DNA of 33,855 nt from a virus (IMGVR_UViG_3300020151_002136:1-33855), one strand, 5' to 3'; positions 23,504 through 33,811 are shown, numbered from the stretch's first letter. Numbers and translations: made by a program. The notes: generated by a model from the sequence alone, not told the origin.

Positions 23504-26500
23504 ATGGAAGAAAACATAGTAACAATCAATTCCGTAGATCCTGTTTCATTACAACCTATCTTAACAAGTGAAACAGATTTAGATAATATTTCTGAGGTTG
23601 TAGTAGATAACACTTTTGACCCTAATTCGGATTATATTGAATTAGTTGTATATGATTTCAATAAAGTCCAATCATTACCAGGATTAGGAACTAATAATAT
23701 AGTAGATTTTACTAATTATGGGGTTGATGTTACAACCAATATTGGAAACAATATATATTATGATTCTATTACTTTAAACCCATCAGAAGATGCTAAATCT
23801 TTTGGATTTACAAAAGGTACTTTTTATGTACTTTATAATTTTTATAAAAAAATATTAGGTTCTTCACCACTAGACCAATATTTTATTTCAGAAATAAGTT
23901 CAGATAGAACAGAAATTAGAATAAAAAGTAATGATATTTCTTCTAATTTATTAATAGAAACTACTAATAACTTTATTTCATTTTTTACCTCAACAAGTTA
24001 TTATCCTGAATTTTATTTAAATTTTGGAGGAAATAGAATACTCCCAGCAATTAATATTAGATTAGATAGTACAGACATCACTAATCCTTCTATATTAATT
24101 AAATTATATGAACCTCTTCCAAATAATATTACTTTAAAAAGTAAACTATGGGCGGTTGAAAAAATATCTGATCCTTCTTCATTTAAAGTTGAGTATCCTG
24201 TTATTCCTATAGAAATACCAAGAGGAATATCTCTATCAGGACCTAATTTTAATCTTGAAATTCAAGATCAAATAAATAATTCTACTAATTATACAACATA
24301 TCAAAGTTTAACTTCAAACTATTTAACTAGTTCATTCAACCAACTTTCTTCTTTATTACAAGAAAAAGGAATGGATATTAATATTGATTATACTAATTTT
24401 AATGATTTTGTTAAATTTTCATCTGCTGTATATAGATTAGAAAACTTTGCTTATAAAGTAGGACAGTTAGATACTTACAATTTACAGATAGTTTCACAAT
24501 CTTTAGTTCCAACAGGTGGAACTTATAATAGTGAAAGTATTTCTACTTTACAAGGATATATAAATGATATAATTAATAATTTTGATAGGTATGAATATTA
24601 TCTTTACTTTGAATCAGGTAGTAAAACATGGCCTAAACAAAATTCTACTATTCCTTATAATTTATATCCATTAACTAGTTCACAAGCTTTAACTTGGTTA
24701 GGAAGTAGTGATCCAAGTTCACTTTATTTTGGTGGACAAATATATTCTGGTTCCAATTATGATAATCAAAATGCTGATAATTTACTATATTCAGTTCCTG
24801 AGTATTTAAGAAATGATGAAGCAAATGAACCTTATGAGTTATTTGTTTCAATGGTTGGACAATATTTTGATAATATATGGTTATACACTAAAGATTTAAC
24901 AAATAAATTTGATGGTGATAACCGTATAAATTATGGTATATCTAAAGATTTAGTAACTGATGCTATTAAAGATTTTGGTTTAAAAATATATCAAAATAGT
25001 TTCTCATCAGATGATTTATTCACATCATTTTTAGGAATTACCCCATCAGGTAGTATAGCTCCTTTTCCTGGGACAACAAATTTATTACCAACACCTGAAG
25101 GATTTGATTATATTACCCAATATATTTCAGGTTCATCTGAAGTAGTTCCTTTAGATGATTTAACTAAAAGAATATATAAACGTATTTATCATAACTTACC
25201 TTATTTACTTAAGAAAAAAGGTACAGTTGAAGGTTTAAGATCATTAATTAATATTTTTGGTATTCCTGATACTATTTTAAGAATTAATGAGTTTGGTGGT
25301 AAAGATAAAAACTCAAATACTTGGGATTACTGGCAAAATACTTTTAATTATGCTTTAAAATCAACAGGTTCTTATTATGTATCTTCTTCATTCTCTTTAA
25401 ACTCAACATGGGTTGCTCCTAATAACGTTCCAGGAGCTGTAGAATTTAGATTTAAACCCCAATCTATTCCTCCTACAAATAAATCTCAAAGTTTATGGTT
25501 AACTGATAAAGGTTTAGGTATATTTTTAGAATACACAGGATCAGGACTAACAACAGCATCATATTCAGCTTCAGTAGTGGATCCTTATTATCAATATGGT
25601 ACTTTAAAATTCACCTCAGGTACTAATTCTGCTAGTGTTTATTTACCATTTTTTAACGGAGATTGGTGGTCTATATTAATAAATAGTTCAAGTGGAAATT
25701 ATACCTTATATGCTAAAAATAGTATATATTCTGGTGATGATGGTAATACAATAGGGTTCCAAGCTTCTTCTTCATTAAATGTTTCTACATTATGGAGTGC
25801 TAGTACAGTAAGTTATTTTGCTTCTTCATCAGGAACATATGTTGGTTTATCTGGATCATTACAGGAAATTAGATATTATACACTACCAATTTCTGAAAGT
25901 ACTTTTAATGCTTATGTAATGAATCCTAATTCTATTGAGCAAAGTCAATATTTAGCCTTTAGAGCAGCTTTAGGAGGAGAATTATATACAGGATCAACAT
26001 CAATCCATCCTAAAATAACAGGATCTTGGACACCAACATCTTCATTTACTAGTACAAGTAATTTTTATATTAGTGCTACTCCAACATATTCAACAAATAC
26101 AGAAGTATATTTTTATGACCAACCAGCAGTAGGTATTCAAAATGCTGTTTCTAATAAAATAAAAATTGTAGATAATATTTTACCCCCAACAAGTAGTAAT
26201 TTAATACCTTCCCAATCTTTATCCCCTTATATTTCAATTCAGCAAAATTTTAAAATAAGTGAAAGTTATACTGAAGATGTGAATTATGTAGAAGTTGCTT
26301 ATTCTCCTCAAAATGAAATAAATGAAGATATAATGTCAACTTTGGGTTTCTTTAATATTGGTGAATATATTGGAGACCCAAGACAAGTATCTCAATCATT
26401 GAATAATTATCCTGATTTGAATATTTTAAGAGATAATTATTTTGAAAAATATAAACATAATTATAATGTACAAGATTTTGTAAGACTAATTAAGTTTTTT

Positions 26501-28525
26501 GATAACTCACTCTTTAAAATGATTAAAGATTTTGTTCCTGCTAGAACAGATGTTGCTACTGGAGTAGTTATTAAACAACATATTTTAGAAAGAAATAAAT
26601 ATACTTTACCAAATCCAACAAGTGATACTACTTTAGCTTATTATAGTGGAAGTAGTTATAATACACCTTTAACATTTACAAATTTAGTATTCTCAGGCTC
26701 AATTGATGGAAATTTAACTATAATTACTGCTAGTAATGCTGGAGTTATGCCTCAATTAAATGGTTTAACATCATCAATAGGATTATATTCTCCAATAACT
26801 CAAAGTTGGACAGGATTTACTCCTTCAACAGGTGGATTAGTACCTTTTACTCAATCAACTCAAGATGAATTTATAAATGGAGAATTAAGTGGATCAAATA
26901 TTTTAGTTACTAATGGTGAACTAGGTGATTGTAATGTTGAAATAGTATCAGTATACACAACATCTTCTCTTTATACAGGTATTAATCCTAATGCTACTAC
27001 TGGTTATAATTTTAATAAGTATAATCTAAATTATGAAAAAACATATTATGTATCTTTTACAGCTAGTGAAGTAAATGGGATATCAGCTGGTGTTTTACAA
27101 TTATGGAACCAAGGTTCAGGAACTAATATTTTATACACTAGTCCATCAATTCCTGCTGGAGGTACTTTAGTAGTAGATAAATTAGAGTTAAGTAAAATAA
27201 TACTTCCTATTACTTTTAAAGCTGTAGGAGCATCAAGTGTAGGTCTTACTATAACTAATTTTACTATTTATGAATCTTATATAGATTATGACTGTTTAGT
27301 TGTACAAAACAATGCTATAGATAATAGATTAAGTTCTGTTTATATGGATGTTGATTATTCATCAAACTCTATTATTCCTTTAAACAAAACTTTAATACTA
27401 TCAGGTAGTGCCACTAAATTTGCTATACCTGATTCAAATTATACAACAAAACGTATTACTAATCCTAGATATGATGGTAGCAGAACTACATCTCCTGATG
27501 TAAATAAAGCTATTTATAAAAATCCATCCTATAGTTTTGTAAATGGATCTATTACATCATCCCTTCCTTCTACTCAATCTCAAGTACCTAATATAGAATA
27601 TTATTCTAATTATTTTGTTTATTTTGATTGGATTGGAGGTTCAAATCCACAATACACAGGAGGAGGAAACATACATTGTATTTATTTAATTGGAATTGAT
27701 GGTATAGCTTATCCTTTAACTACAGATAATTTAAATTTAGGAAGAATAGAAAATATATTTGTTAAAGGACAAACAGCAAATATATTGCCTGCTGTTTATT
27801 CCGCCGGTAATCCACCAACAAAAGTAGAAATTGTAGAAGGTGGAGCTTTATATGAAACTATTTTATTTAAATCAGGATCTGATACTCCAAGATATCAAGT
27901 AAAATGGGTAAATGATCCTGTAGCTATTATAAAAACTCCTACATTCTTTACAGGTTCTACTCCTTATTCTATATTAAATGACAATACTCAGAATTGGCTT
28001 TATCCTTTCTTAACAGGTTTAGATGTACAGTCTGGAAGTGTAGAATATATTAGACCAAGAAAAGTAACAACTCAAACCTTATTTTTCTACAATAAGAAAA
28101 AAGGTAGTTTCCCTTTAACTACAGATAATGATCAAGGAATAACTAAATTAGAAGATACTTATTTTCCTATACAATATGGTGATTTTATACGTTTTGGTAC
28201 AACAGGATCTATTGTAGATGATAGTGGATCTTTAGATGGAAGTTTTGCAGGACTTGATTTAGTAACTATTAAAGACATAGTTATAGCAGCTACTGCTTCC
28301 CAAACAAGTTCACTATTAATTACACCATCACTTACTTTAGGTAGTGTTTTACTAGGAAATGATAATAATCAAAACTTTAGAATAATGCGTAGAATACCTA
28401 ATGAATCTTTTGTTTTAGTTAAAAATAATCCATCATATGGAGATCCTGGATTTTTAATTCCAAATAATTTTAATCCTAACTATGATGTATATGAATTAGC
28501 TAGAAAAGCAGGGGTAATTCAATAA
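23504..28525 (+). CDS. large baseplate/tail protein (gp7/P2 gpI-like motif, LamG-like domain)
   Basis: 1673 aa; NLPYLLKKKGTVEGLRSLINIFG wedge motif; VEFRFK..GDWWSILI..SGSLQEIRYY LamG-like pattern. Confidence 0.7.
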   Translation: MEENIVTINSVDPVSLQPILTSETDLDNISEVVVDNTFDPNSDYIELVVYDFNKVQSLPGLGTNNIVDFTNYGVDVTTNIGNNIYYDSITLNPSEDAKSFGFTKGTFYVLYNFYKKILGSSPLDQYFISEISSDRTEIRIKSNDISSNLLIETTNNFISFFTSTSYYPEFYLNFGGNRILPAINIRLDSTDITNPSILIKLYEPLPNNITLKSKLWAVEKISDPSSFKVEYPVIPIEIPRGISLSGPNFNLEIQDQINNSTNYTTYQSLTSNYLTSSFNQLSSLLQEKGMDINIDYTNFNDFVKFSSAVYRLENFAYKVGQLDTYNLQIVSQSLVPTGGTYNSESISTLQGYINDIINNFDRYEYYLYFESGSKTWPKQNSTIPYNLYPLTSSQALTWLGSSDPSSLYFGGQIYSGSNYDNQNADNLLYSVPEYLRNDEANEPYELFVSMVGQYFDNIWLYTKDLTNKFDGDNRINYGISKDLVTDAIKDFGLKIYQNSFSSDDLFTSFLGITPSGSIAPFPGTTNLLPTPEGFDYITQYISGSSEVVPLDDLTKRIYKRIYHNLPYLLKKKGTVEGLRSLINIFGIPDTILRINEFGGKDKNSNTWDYWQNTFNYALKSTGSYYVSSSFSLNSTWVAPNNVPGAVEFRFKPQSIPPTNKSQSLWLTDKGLGIFLEYTGSGLTTASYSASVVDPYYQYGTLKFTSGTNSASVYLPFFNGDWWSILINSSSGNYTLYAKNSIYSGDDGNTIGFQASSSLNVSTLWSASTVSYFASSSGTYVGLSGSLQEIRYYTLPISESTFNAYVMNPNSIEQSQYLAFRAALGGELYTGSTSIHPKITGSWTPTSSFTSTSNFYISATPTYSTNTEVYFYDQPAVGIQNAVSNKIKIVDNILPPTSSNLIPSQSLSPYISIQQNFKISESYTEDVNYVEVAYSPQNEINEDIMSTLGFFNIGEYIGDPRQVSQSLNNYPDLNILRDNYFEKYKHNYNVQDFVRLIKFFDNSLFKMIKDFVPARTDVATGVVIKQHILERNKYTLPNPTSDTTLAYYSGSSYNTPLTFTNLVFSGSIDGNLTIITASNAGVMPQLNGLTSSIGLYSPITQSWTGFTPSTGGLVPFTQSTQDEFINGELSGSNILVTNGELGDCNVEIVSVYTTSSLYTGINPNATTGYNFNKYNLNYEKTYYVSFTASEVNGISAGVLQLWNQGSGTNILYTSPSIPAGGTLVVDKLELSKIILPITFKAVGASSVGLTITNFTIYESYIDYDCLVVQNNAIDNRLSSVYMDVDYSSNSIIPLNKTLILSGSATKFAIPDSNYTTKRITNPRYDGSRTTSPDVNKAIYKNPSYSFVNGSITSSLPSTQSQVPNIEYYSNYFVYFDWIGGSNPQYTGGGNIHCIYLIGIDGIAYPLTTDNLNLGRIENIFVKGQTANILPAVYSAGNPPTKVEIVEGGALYETILFKSGSDTPRYQVKWVNDPVAIIKTPTFFTGSTPYSILNDNTQNWLYPFLTGLDVQSGSVEYIRPRKVTTQTLFFYNKKKGSFPLTTDNDQGITKLEDTYFPIQYGDFIRFGTTGSIVDDSGSLDGSFAGLDLVTIKDIVIAATASQTSSLLITPSLTLGSVLLGNDNNQNFRIMRRIPNESFVLVKNNPSYGDPGFLIPNNFNPNYDVYELARKAGVIQ

Positions 28526-28541
28526 AAAATAAAAACTTAAT

Positions 28542-28550
28542 ATATTTATA
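28542..28550 (+). promoter_or_regulatory. putative late promoter ATATTTATA
   Basis: Recurrent motif, upstream of ATG 28569. Confidence 0.6.
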
Positions 28551-28568
28551 ACAAAACTATAACGTAAA

Positions 28569-29237
28569 ATGGGATACTTAAATAATAGTGTAGTAACAGT
28601 AGATGCTATTTTAACTACTAAAGGCCGTCAAGCATTAGCTAAAAATGACGGCTCGTTTCGAATCACTCAGTTTGGACTAGCAGATGATGAAATTGATTAT
28701 ACTCTTTATAATCCAAACCATCCTTCAGGCTCAGCTTACTACGGTGAAGCTATTGTAAATATGCCTTTATTAGAAGCATTTCCTCAAGAAACTCAAATGA
28801 TGAAATATCAATTAGTTACACTTCCTAGAGGTACAGCTAAATTACCGGTATTGGATTTAGGATATTCATCTATCACTTTAAAACAAGGAGCCAGTTTAGC
28901 AATTACTCCTCAAACCCTAAACTATTTAGGTAACCAATCATTACGTGAAACATCAGGATACACAGCTACTATTTCAGATGTTAGATTAATGTCTACATTT
29001 AATGGAACTGGTATTAATACAGCTCAAGCTCAATCATTGAATGCTTCAACTACTTTAGGAACCATTGTTTCTAAAACAGTTATTGGTTCTCAAATTAATT
29101 TAAGAGCTACTACTATTAATACTTTGTTCGGATCAAATTCACCCTCAGGGACTGCTTTATATGCTACCTTATTAGTAATTGGTAATGATAGTGGTGCTCG
29201 TTTAACTCTTCCTATCACCGTAACTAAAACTGCCTAA
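28569..29237 (+). CDS. virion structural (tail/baseplate) protein
   Basis: DAILTTKGRQALA...ITQFGLADDEIDY, similar to the N-terminus of tail-collar/fibre-attachment proteins. Confidence 0.65.
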   Translation: MGYLNNSVVTVDAILTTKGRQALAKNDGSFRITQFGLADDEIDYTLYNPNHPSGSAYYGEAIVNMPLLEAFPQETQMMKYQLVTLPRGTAKLPVLDLGYSSITLKQGASLAITPQTLNYLGNQSLRETSGYTATISDVRLMSTFNGTGINTAQAQSLNASTTLGTIVSKTVIGSQINLRATTINTLFGSNSPSGTALYATLLVIGNDSGARLTLPITVTKTA

Positions 29238-29250
29238 TAAATAAAATAAA

Positions 29251-30300
29251 ATGTCTTTAGTAAGATTAGATCCCCAAGATATTGTTGTAAGTGCTGATTC
29301 TATTAGTTCCACATTGTGGTCTTCTAACAATCCAACATTAAGCACTTTCTTTTCCTCATCCGTACAAGAAGCCGGGTCATCAGGTGACTATTATTTAAAT
29401 ATATATCAAACAACATCTACTTTAAATGATGCCGCTGTACAATTTGCCATTACATACGGTAACTCAGAGGGTAGTGGTAGTGTTAATTATAATCAAGCAG
29501 TAAATGGTAAATCACCTTCTTCAACAATTTATGGACAATATCAAGATTTAGTAATTGGTGATGAAAATACTGATTTTAATTTTGGAGCAATAACATCATC
29601 AGAATTTTTTGCTATTGCTATTGATAGAGCTAGATATAAAGAAAAAATATTTTTAGGTTCATTAGCTTTAACAATTAAAGGCCCAACAGCAGCTTCTGGA
29701 TCCATTACTTTAACAGATAATAGTGCTTATGCTAGTTCAGTTCAATTTAATGGAGCTGGTAGAGTATATCAATTAATTACAGGATCCCAAGGTGTTAGAT
29801 CTACTAGTTTAACAAATAATACCACAGACGGTTACACAACCACATCTGGGTCTTATGGATGGTTATTACCAGATATTGGAGTAATTTTACTTAATCCTAA
29901 AGCATTATCTGCTCCTACAGCAAGTGGAGGATTAGGATTTGTATATAGTGGTTCAGTATCAGCAACAGGTTCAGTTAATGAAGCTCCTTTTACAACATTA
30001 TATAAAGCAATTAGTGGTTCAGGTAATTTTAAATTAAACTCAGAAGAAACTATAACTTCAGATTATGTTTTCATCAGAGCTCGTAACAGTGAATTTAATT
30101 ATTCTGCAAACCCCTCTTTTATTTCAGGTTCAACAGGTGAAGTAGTATATGATTCTTTAATTGATAACCCACAAACTTATATTACAACAGTTGGATTATA
30201 TAATGATTTAAATGAATTATTAGCAGTAGCTAAATTATCAAGACCTTTATTAAAAGATTTTACTAAAGAAGCTTTAGTTAGAGTTAAGTTAGATTTCTAA
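29251..30300 (+). CDS. virion structural protein (tail-collar/fibre-attachment-like C-terminus)
   Basis: EFNYSANPS..YITTVGLYNDLNELLAVAKLSRP. Confidence 0.7.
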   Translation: MSLVRLDPQDIVVSADSISSTLWSSNNPTLSTFFSSSVQEAGSSGDYYLNIYQTTSTLNDAAVQFAITYGNSEGSGSVNYNQAVNGKSPSSTIYGQYQDLVIGDENTDFNFGAITSSEFFAIAIDRARYKEKIFLGSLALTIKGPTAASGSITLTDNSAYASSVQFNGAGRVYQLITGSQGVRSTSLTNNTTDGYTTTSGSYGWLLPDIGVILLNPKALSAPTASGGLGFVYSGSVSATGSVNEAPFTTLYKAISGSGNFKLNSEETITSDYVFIRARNSEFNYSANPSFISGSTGEVVYDSLIDNPQTYITTVGLYNDLNELLAVAKLSRPLLKDFTKEALVRVKLDF

Positions 30301-30305
30301 AATGA

Positions 30306-31286
30306 ATGGGTGCTTTCAAACAGTTTCTCACTTCCGACTTAATTGTCACTCCATTTGAAGTAAATAAAGGATTTTACTTTGAAGGGGATACGGCTTTAAC
30401 AGCTTCTAATGTTGGAATTGATCGTTTTATAGGAAAAAACATTACAAGTTCATTATTTGAACCTTTAACAGAACCTACTACAGGTCAAATATCTACTCAA
30501 TATCAAAAATTAGTTTACCGTTCTATTAAAGAACTTTATTATGGTAATTATTTAACCGGTAGTTATGGAGATTCTGTAGCTACAGCTAGTATATTATTAG
30601 GTGCAGATCCTGAAGGAGATACTTATATAGGAGATTCAAACACATCTGGTAGATTTGCTGAATATTTTCCAACATCATTAAATTACTTTAAATATTTTCC
30701 TACAGGATCAGATAATATAATCGCTGTGTTATCTATACCATCAAGATTATTTGGTAATTATGTTGTTCCTAAATCATTTACTTGGTCTACTCCTAGTGGT
30801 TCTATTTATGATGATGGAGAAGGAAATTTAATTTTATCTTCATCTCAAGACATTTGTGGTAACATATTTTATGAACATGGTATAGCTATAATTACTAGTG
30901 ATTCTGAGCCTCAAGCTGATGCTTATGGATCTGGTATTTATGGAGAATCATTATATGGAGTAAGTGATGCTATTTTAGCTGAATATTTTGCTACATCTTC
31001 AAATGTGACTTGTTCATTCTCCTCATCTCTTACAATTTATGAAAACCAATATAAATGTACTATTAGAGAAAATGAATTTAATTTCAGTCTAAATCCTTCA
31101 ATAATTTCAAGCTCAGAAGGAGTACCATATGGTTTTGTTACTAGTTCATATTTCCAACCATATTGTACTACAGTAGGTTTATATAATGATTCAAATGAGT
31201 TATTAGCAGTAGCTAAATTAGCACAACCATTACCTATTTCCCAAACAACAGACACAACAATATTAATTAATATAGATTTATTATAA
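30306..31286 (+). CDS. virion structural protein, paralog of the upstream gene
   Basis: EFNFSLNPS..YCTTVGLYNDSNELLAVAKLAQP. Confidence 0.7.
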   Translation: MGAFKQFLTSDLIVTPFEVNKGFYFEGDTALTASNVGIDRFIGKNITSSLFEPLTEPTTGQISTQYQKLVYRSIKELYYGNYLTGSYGDSVATASILLGADPEGDTYIGDSNTSGRFAEYFPTSLNYFKYFPTGSDNIIAVLSIPSRLFGNYVVPKSFTWSTPSGSIYDDGEGNLILSSSQDICGNIFYEHGIAIITSDSEPQADAYGSGIYGESLYGVSDAILAEYFATSSNVTCSFSSSLTIYENQYKCTIRENEFNFSLNPSIISSSEGVPYGFVTSSYFQPYCTTVGLYNDSNELLAVAKLAQPLPISQTTDTTILINIDLL

Positions 31287-31289
31287 ATT

Positions 31290-31763
31290 ATGAATGAATG
31301 GTTTTCTCAAACAGACAGTGACAGCGGGTTATTAACTAAAAAAACATATTCCTCAATTGAGGATTTCCCAGAAAATACTTTTGGTTTTATTTATGTTGTA
31401 AAACATAGACCAACAGGTAAAGCTTATATTGGAAAAAAAGTTCTTTACCATAATGTAAAGAAAAAATTAACAAAAAAGGAAATAGCAGAACAAACAGGTC
31501 CAGGCAGGAAGTCAGCCACTAAGGTGGTAGTAAAGGAATCGGACTGGAAAACTTATTATGGATCTGCTAAACCAATTATGGAACTCATAAAAGGAGGTAA
31601 ACAAGAGGAATTTACCCGTGAAATTCTACAATTGGTTCCTAATAAAAAACTTCTTACTTACTATGAATGTAAGTACTTATTTGAATATAGTGTATTAGAA
31701 AATCCTGAAGGTTATTTTAATGATAACATTTTAGGAAAATTCTTTACTAAAGATTTTGCATAA
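31290..31763 (+). CDS. GIY-YIG-family nuclease-like protein
   Basis: GFIYVV...TGKAYIGKK, W..YYGS, FTREIL, YE, YFNDNI. Confidence 0.75.
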   Translation: MNEWFSQTDSDSGLLTKKTYSSIEDFPENTFGFIYVVKHRPTGKAYIGKKVLYHNVKKKLTKKEIAEQTGPGRKSATKVVVKESDWKTYYGSAKPIMELIKGGKQEEFTREILQLVPNKKLLTYYECKYLFEYSVLENPEGYFNDNILGKFFTKDFA

Positions 31764-31771
31764 TATTTATA
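31763..31771 (+). promoter_or_regulatory. putative late promoter ATATTTATA
   Basis: Recurrent motif, upstream of ATG 31785. Confidence 0.55.
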
Positions 31772-31784
31772 ATAAACTTTTAAA

Positions 31785-32036
31785 ATGAAAAAACAAATAC
31801 TATCTAAAGAACTTAAACGCATGCAAAAAATCGCAGGAATTATTACTGAAAATCAAATCAATGAAACATCATACCCCCCAAATAAAATGCTTGAATTAGT
31901 AGAAATGTATGTTGATAACTATTTTGATGAAGGTATGACAGCGGAGGCAGCATTAAAAAAAGTAGATGAAATACTTCAAGGTAAATTAGATGGCTATGAT
32001 ATAGCATTCTTAAAAGGCGAAGAAGATAATTATTAA
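31785..32036 (+). CDS. hypothetical protein, possible head-packaged protein
   Basis: N-terminus MKKQILSKELKRMQKIAGIITENQINE. Confidence 0.75.
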   Translation: MKKQILSKELKRMQKIAGIITENQINETSYPPNKMLELVEMYVDNYFDEGMTAEAALKKVDEILQGKLDGYDIAFLKGEEDNY

Positions 32037-32057
32037 TAATAAAAAATATGTTAAATT

Positions 32058-32085
32058 AAGCTTGGGTGACCAAGCTTTCTTTGTT
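32058..32085 (+). terminator. intrinsic terminator
   Basis: AAGCTTGG-GTGA-CCAAGCTT perfect 8-bp stem followed by TCTTTGTT. Confidence 0.7.
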
Positions 32086-32092
32086 ATATTAC
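32061..32092 (+). promoter_or_regulatory. Bacteroidota-type promoter for the replication genes
   Basis: CTTG(32061-64)-N20-TATATTAC(32085-92), embedded in the terminator hairpin. Confidence 0.55.
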
Positions 32093-32096
32093 AATT

Positions 32097-33026
32097 ATGC
32101 TCAATCAACCACTGATTGCCTTAGTTAACTCTGTTTTAGGTACAGGTAAACAGACATCGAAAGGGAATTTTGCTTATCATTGTCCGTTTTGTAATCACCA
32201 TAAACCTAAATTAGAGGTTAATATGACTGAAAATAAAAAGGGTGAAAACCCTTGGCATTGTTGGGTGTGTGATAGACGTGGTAAAAAAATCCATCAATTA
32301 TTTAAACAAGTTAAAGCATCACCTGAAGCCTCATTAGAGTTAAGATCTATTGTTAAGACAGAAACAGCAGATAGAGAAACAGTAGCAACAGAAAAACTTA
32401 ACTTACCTAAAGAATTTAAACCACTACTTAATATTCAAAAATCAGATATTATAGGTAGACATGCTCTAACTTATGTTAAGTCTAGAAACATAAGTGAAGA
32501 AGATATACTTAAATATAATATTGGTTATTGCGAATCAGGACCATATAAAAATATGGTTATTATTCCTTCATATGATGAAAATGGAATATTGAATTACTTT
32601 ACAGGACGTTCATTTGAAAAAGAAGTTAAAGTAAAATATAAGAACCCATCTGTCTCACGCGACATCATACCATTTGAGTTGTTTATTAATTGGGATTTAC
32701 CGTTTATATTATGCGAAGGACCATTTGACGCCATCGCTATTAAAAGAAATGTTATACCGTTATTAGGCAAAAATATACAGTCTAAACTAATGAGGAAGAT
32801 TGTTAAATCTTCTGTTGATAAAATATATATTGCCCTTGATAAAGACGCTCAAAAACAAGCATTATCGTTTTGTGAACAACTTATGAATGAGGGTAAAGAA
32901 GTATATCTTGTAGATATGCAAGATAAGGACCCAAGCGAAATGGGTTTTAATAATTTTATAGATACAATTACAGAAACTTATCCTTTAACATTCTCAGGCT
33001 TACTTGAGAAACGACTTTACTTATGA
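32097..33026 (+). CDS. dnaG: DNA primase
   Basis: Zn-binding CPFC..HCWVC; IIP...G.L.YFTGR, KYKNP; TOPRIM CEGPFDA and LDKDA; KDP. Confidence 0.9.
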   Translation: MLNQPLIALVNSVLGTGKQTSKGNFAYHCPFCNHHKPKLEVNMTENKKGENPWHCWVCDRRGKKIHQLFKQVKASPEASLELRSIVKTETADRETVATEKLNLPKEFKPLLNIQKSDIIGRHALTYVKSRNISEEDILKYNIGYCESGPYKNMVIIPSYDENGILNYFTGRSFEKEVKVKYKNPSVSRDIIPFELFINWDLPFILCEGPFDAIAIKRNVIPLLGKNIQSKLMRKIVKSSVDKIYIALDKDAQKQALSFCEQLMNEGKEVYLVDMQDKDPSEMGFNNFIDTITETYPLTFSGLLEKRLYL

Positions 33027-33790
33027 GCAAAATAAAAAAATCTTACAATAGAATCTTAGAAGTATCAGATGATGCTAAACAAATAACACTACCAGACTCT
33101 CGTTATTACAGACGAAATGGAGAGTACTATCCTTCAATTACTTATGTTTTAGGTTATTATCCTAAAGGTAAGTTTTTTGAAGACTGGCTTAAAAAAGTAG
33201 GCTACTCTGCTGAACACATTGTTAAAAAAGCAGGTGAAGAAGGAACAGCAGTTCATGAAATGATTGAGGAATACCTTGAAGGTAAAGAAATGAACTTTAT
33301 GAATCAATATGGTAATCCTCAATACAGTCCTGATGTGTGGCAAATGTTCTTACGTTTTGTTGATTTTTGGGAAACATATAATCCTAAATTAATTGAAGCA
33401 GAAGTACATTTATTTTCAGATGAACTAAAAGTAGCAGGTACTTGTGATTTGATTGTTGAAATTGAAGATAAACTTTGGTTAATTGATTTTAAAACATCAA
33501 ACCATATTCAACCTACTTATGAATTACAAACAGCAATTTATGGTAAATGTTATGAGGAATGTTATGGTAAAAAAGTAGACAACTATGGTATTCTTTGGTT
33601 AAAATCATCTAAACGTAAAACTAATAAAGAAAAAATGACTGGTAAAGGATGGGAAATGGTTTTGTCTACTAGAACACAAGAGGAAAACATTGACATCTTT
33701 AAAACAGTAAAACGTTTATTTGATTTAGAAAACCCAACTCACGCTCCTATATTTACTGAATTCAAGACTACAGTAAAAAGAACCCTGTAA
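33023..33790 (+). CDS. PD-(D/E)XK nuclease (phage exonuclease, Cas4/RecB-like fold)
   Basis: YPSIT.VL, GTAVH..IE, E..L, AGTCDL, IDFKTS, LQ..IY. Confidence 0.85.
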   Translation: MSKIKKSYNRILEVSDDAKQITLPDSRYYRRNGEYYPSITYVLGYYPKGKFFEDWLKKVGYSAEHIVKKAGEEGTAVHEMIEEYLEGKEMNFMNQYGNPQYSPDVWQMFLRFVDFWETYNPKLIEAEVHLFSDELKVAGTCDLIVEIEDKLWLIDFKTSNHIQPTYELQTAIYGKCYEECYGKKVDNYGILWLKSSKRKTNKEKMTGKGWEMVLSTRTQEENIDIFKTVKRLFDLENPTHAPIFTEFKTTVKRTL

Positions 33791-33811
33791 TATTTATGAC
33801 AAATACTATCC

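Noticed and set aside
31290-31763. Intron-encoded or mobile homing endonuclease
   Set aside because: Free-standing, short, with no obvious C-terminal DNA-binding domain and no interrupted flanking gene
3173-33343. Other short minus-strand ORFs (3173-3358, 7370-7639, 8632-8847, 17190-17387, 31037-31255, 33149-33343)
   Set aside because: All lie antisense to well-supported + strand genes and have no motifs or promoters
33023-33790. CRISPR-Cas system (Cas4-like nuclease)
   Set aside because: No repeat-spacer array, no other cas genes and no four-Cys Fe-S motif; an ordinary phage exonuclease beside the primase
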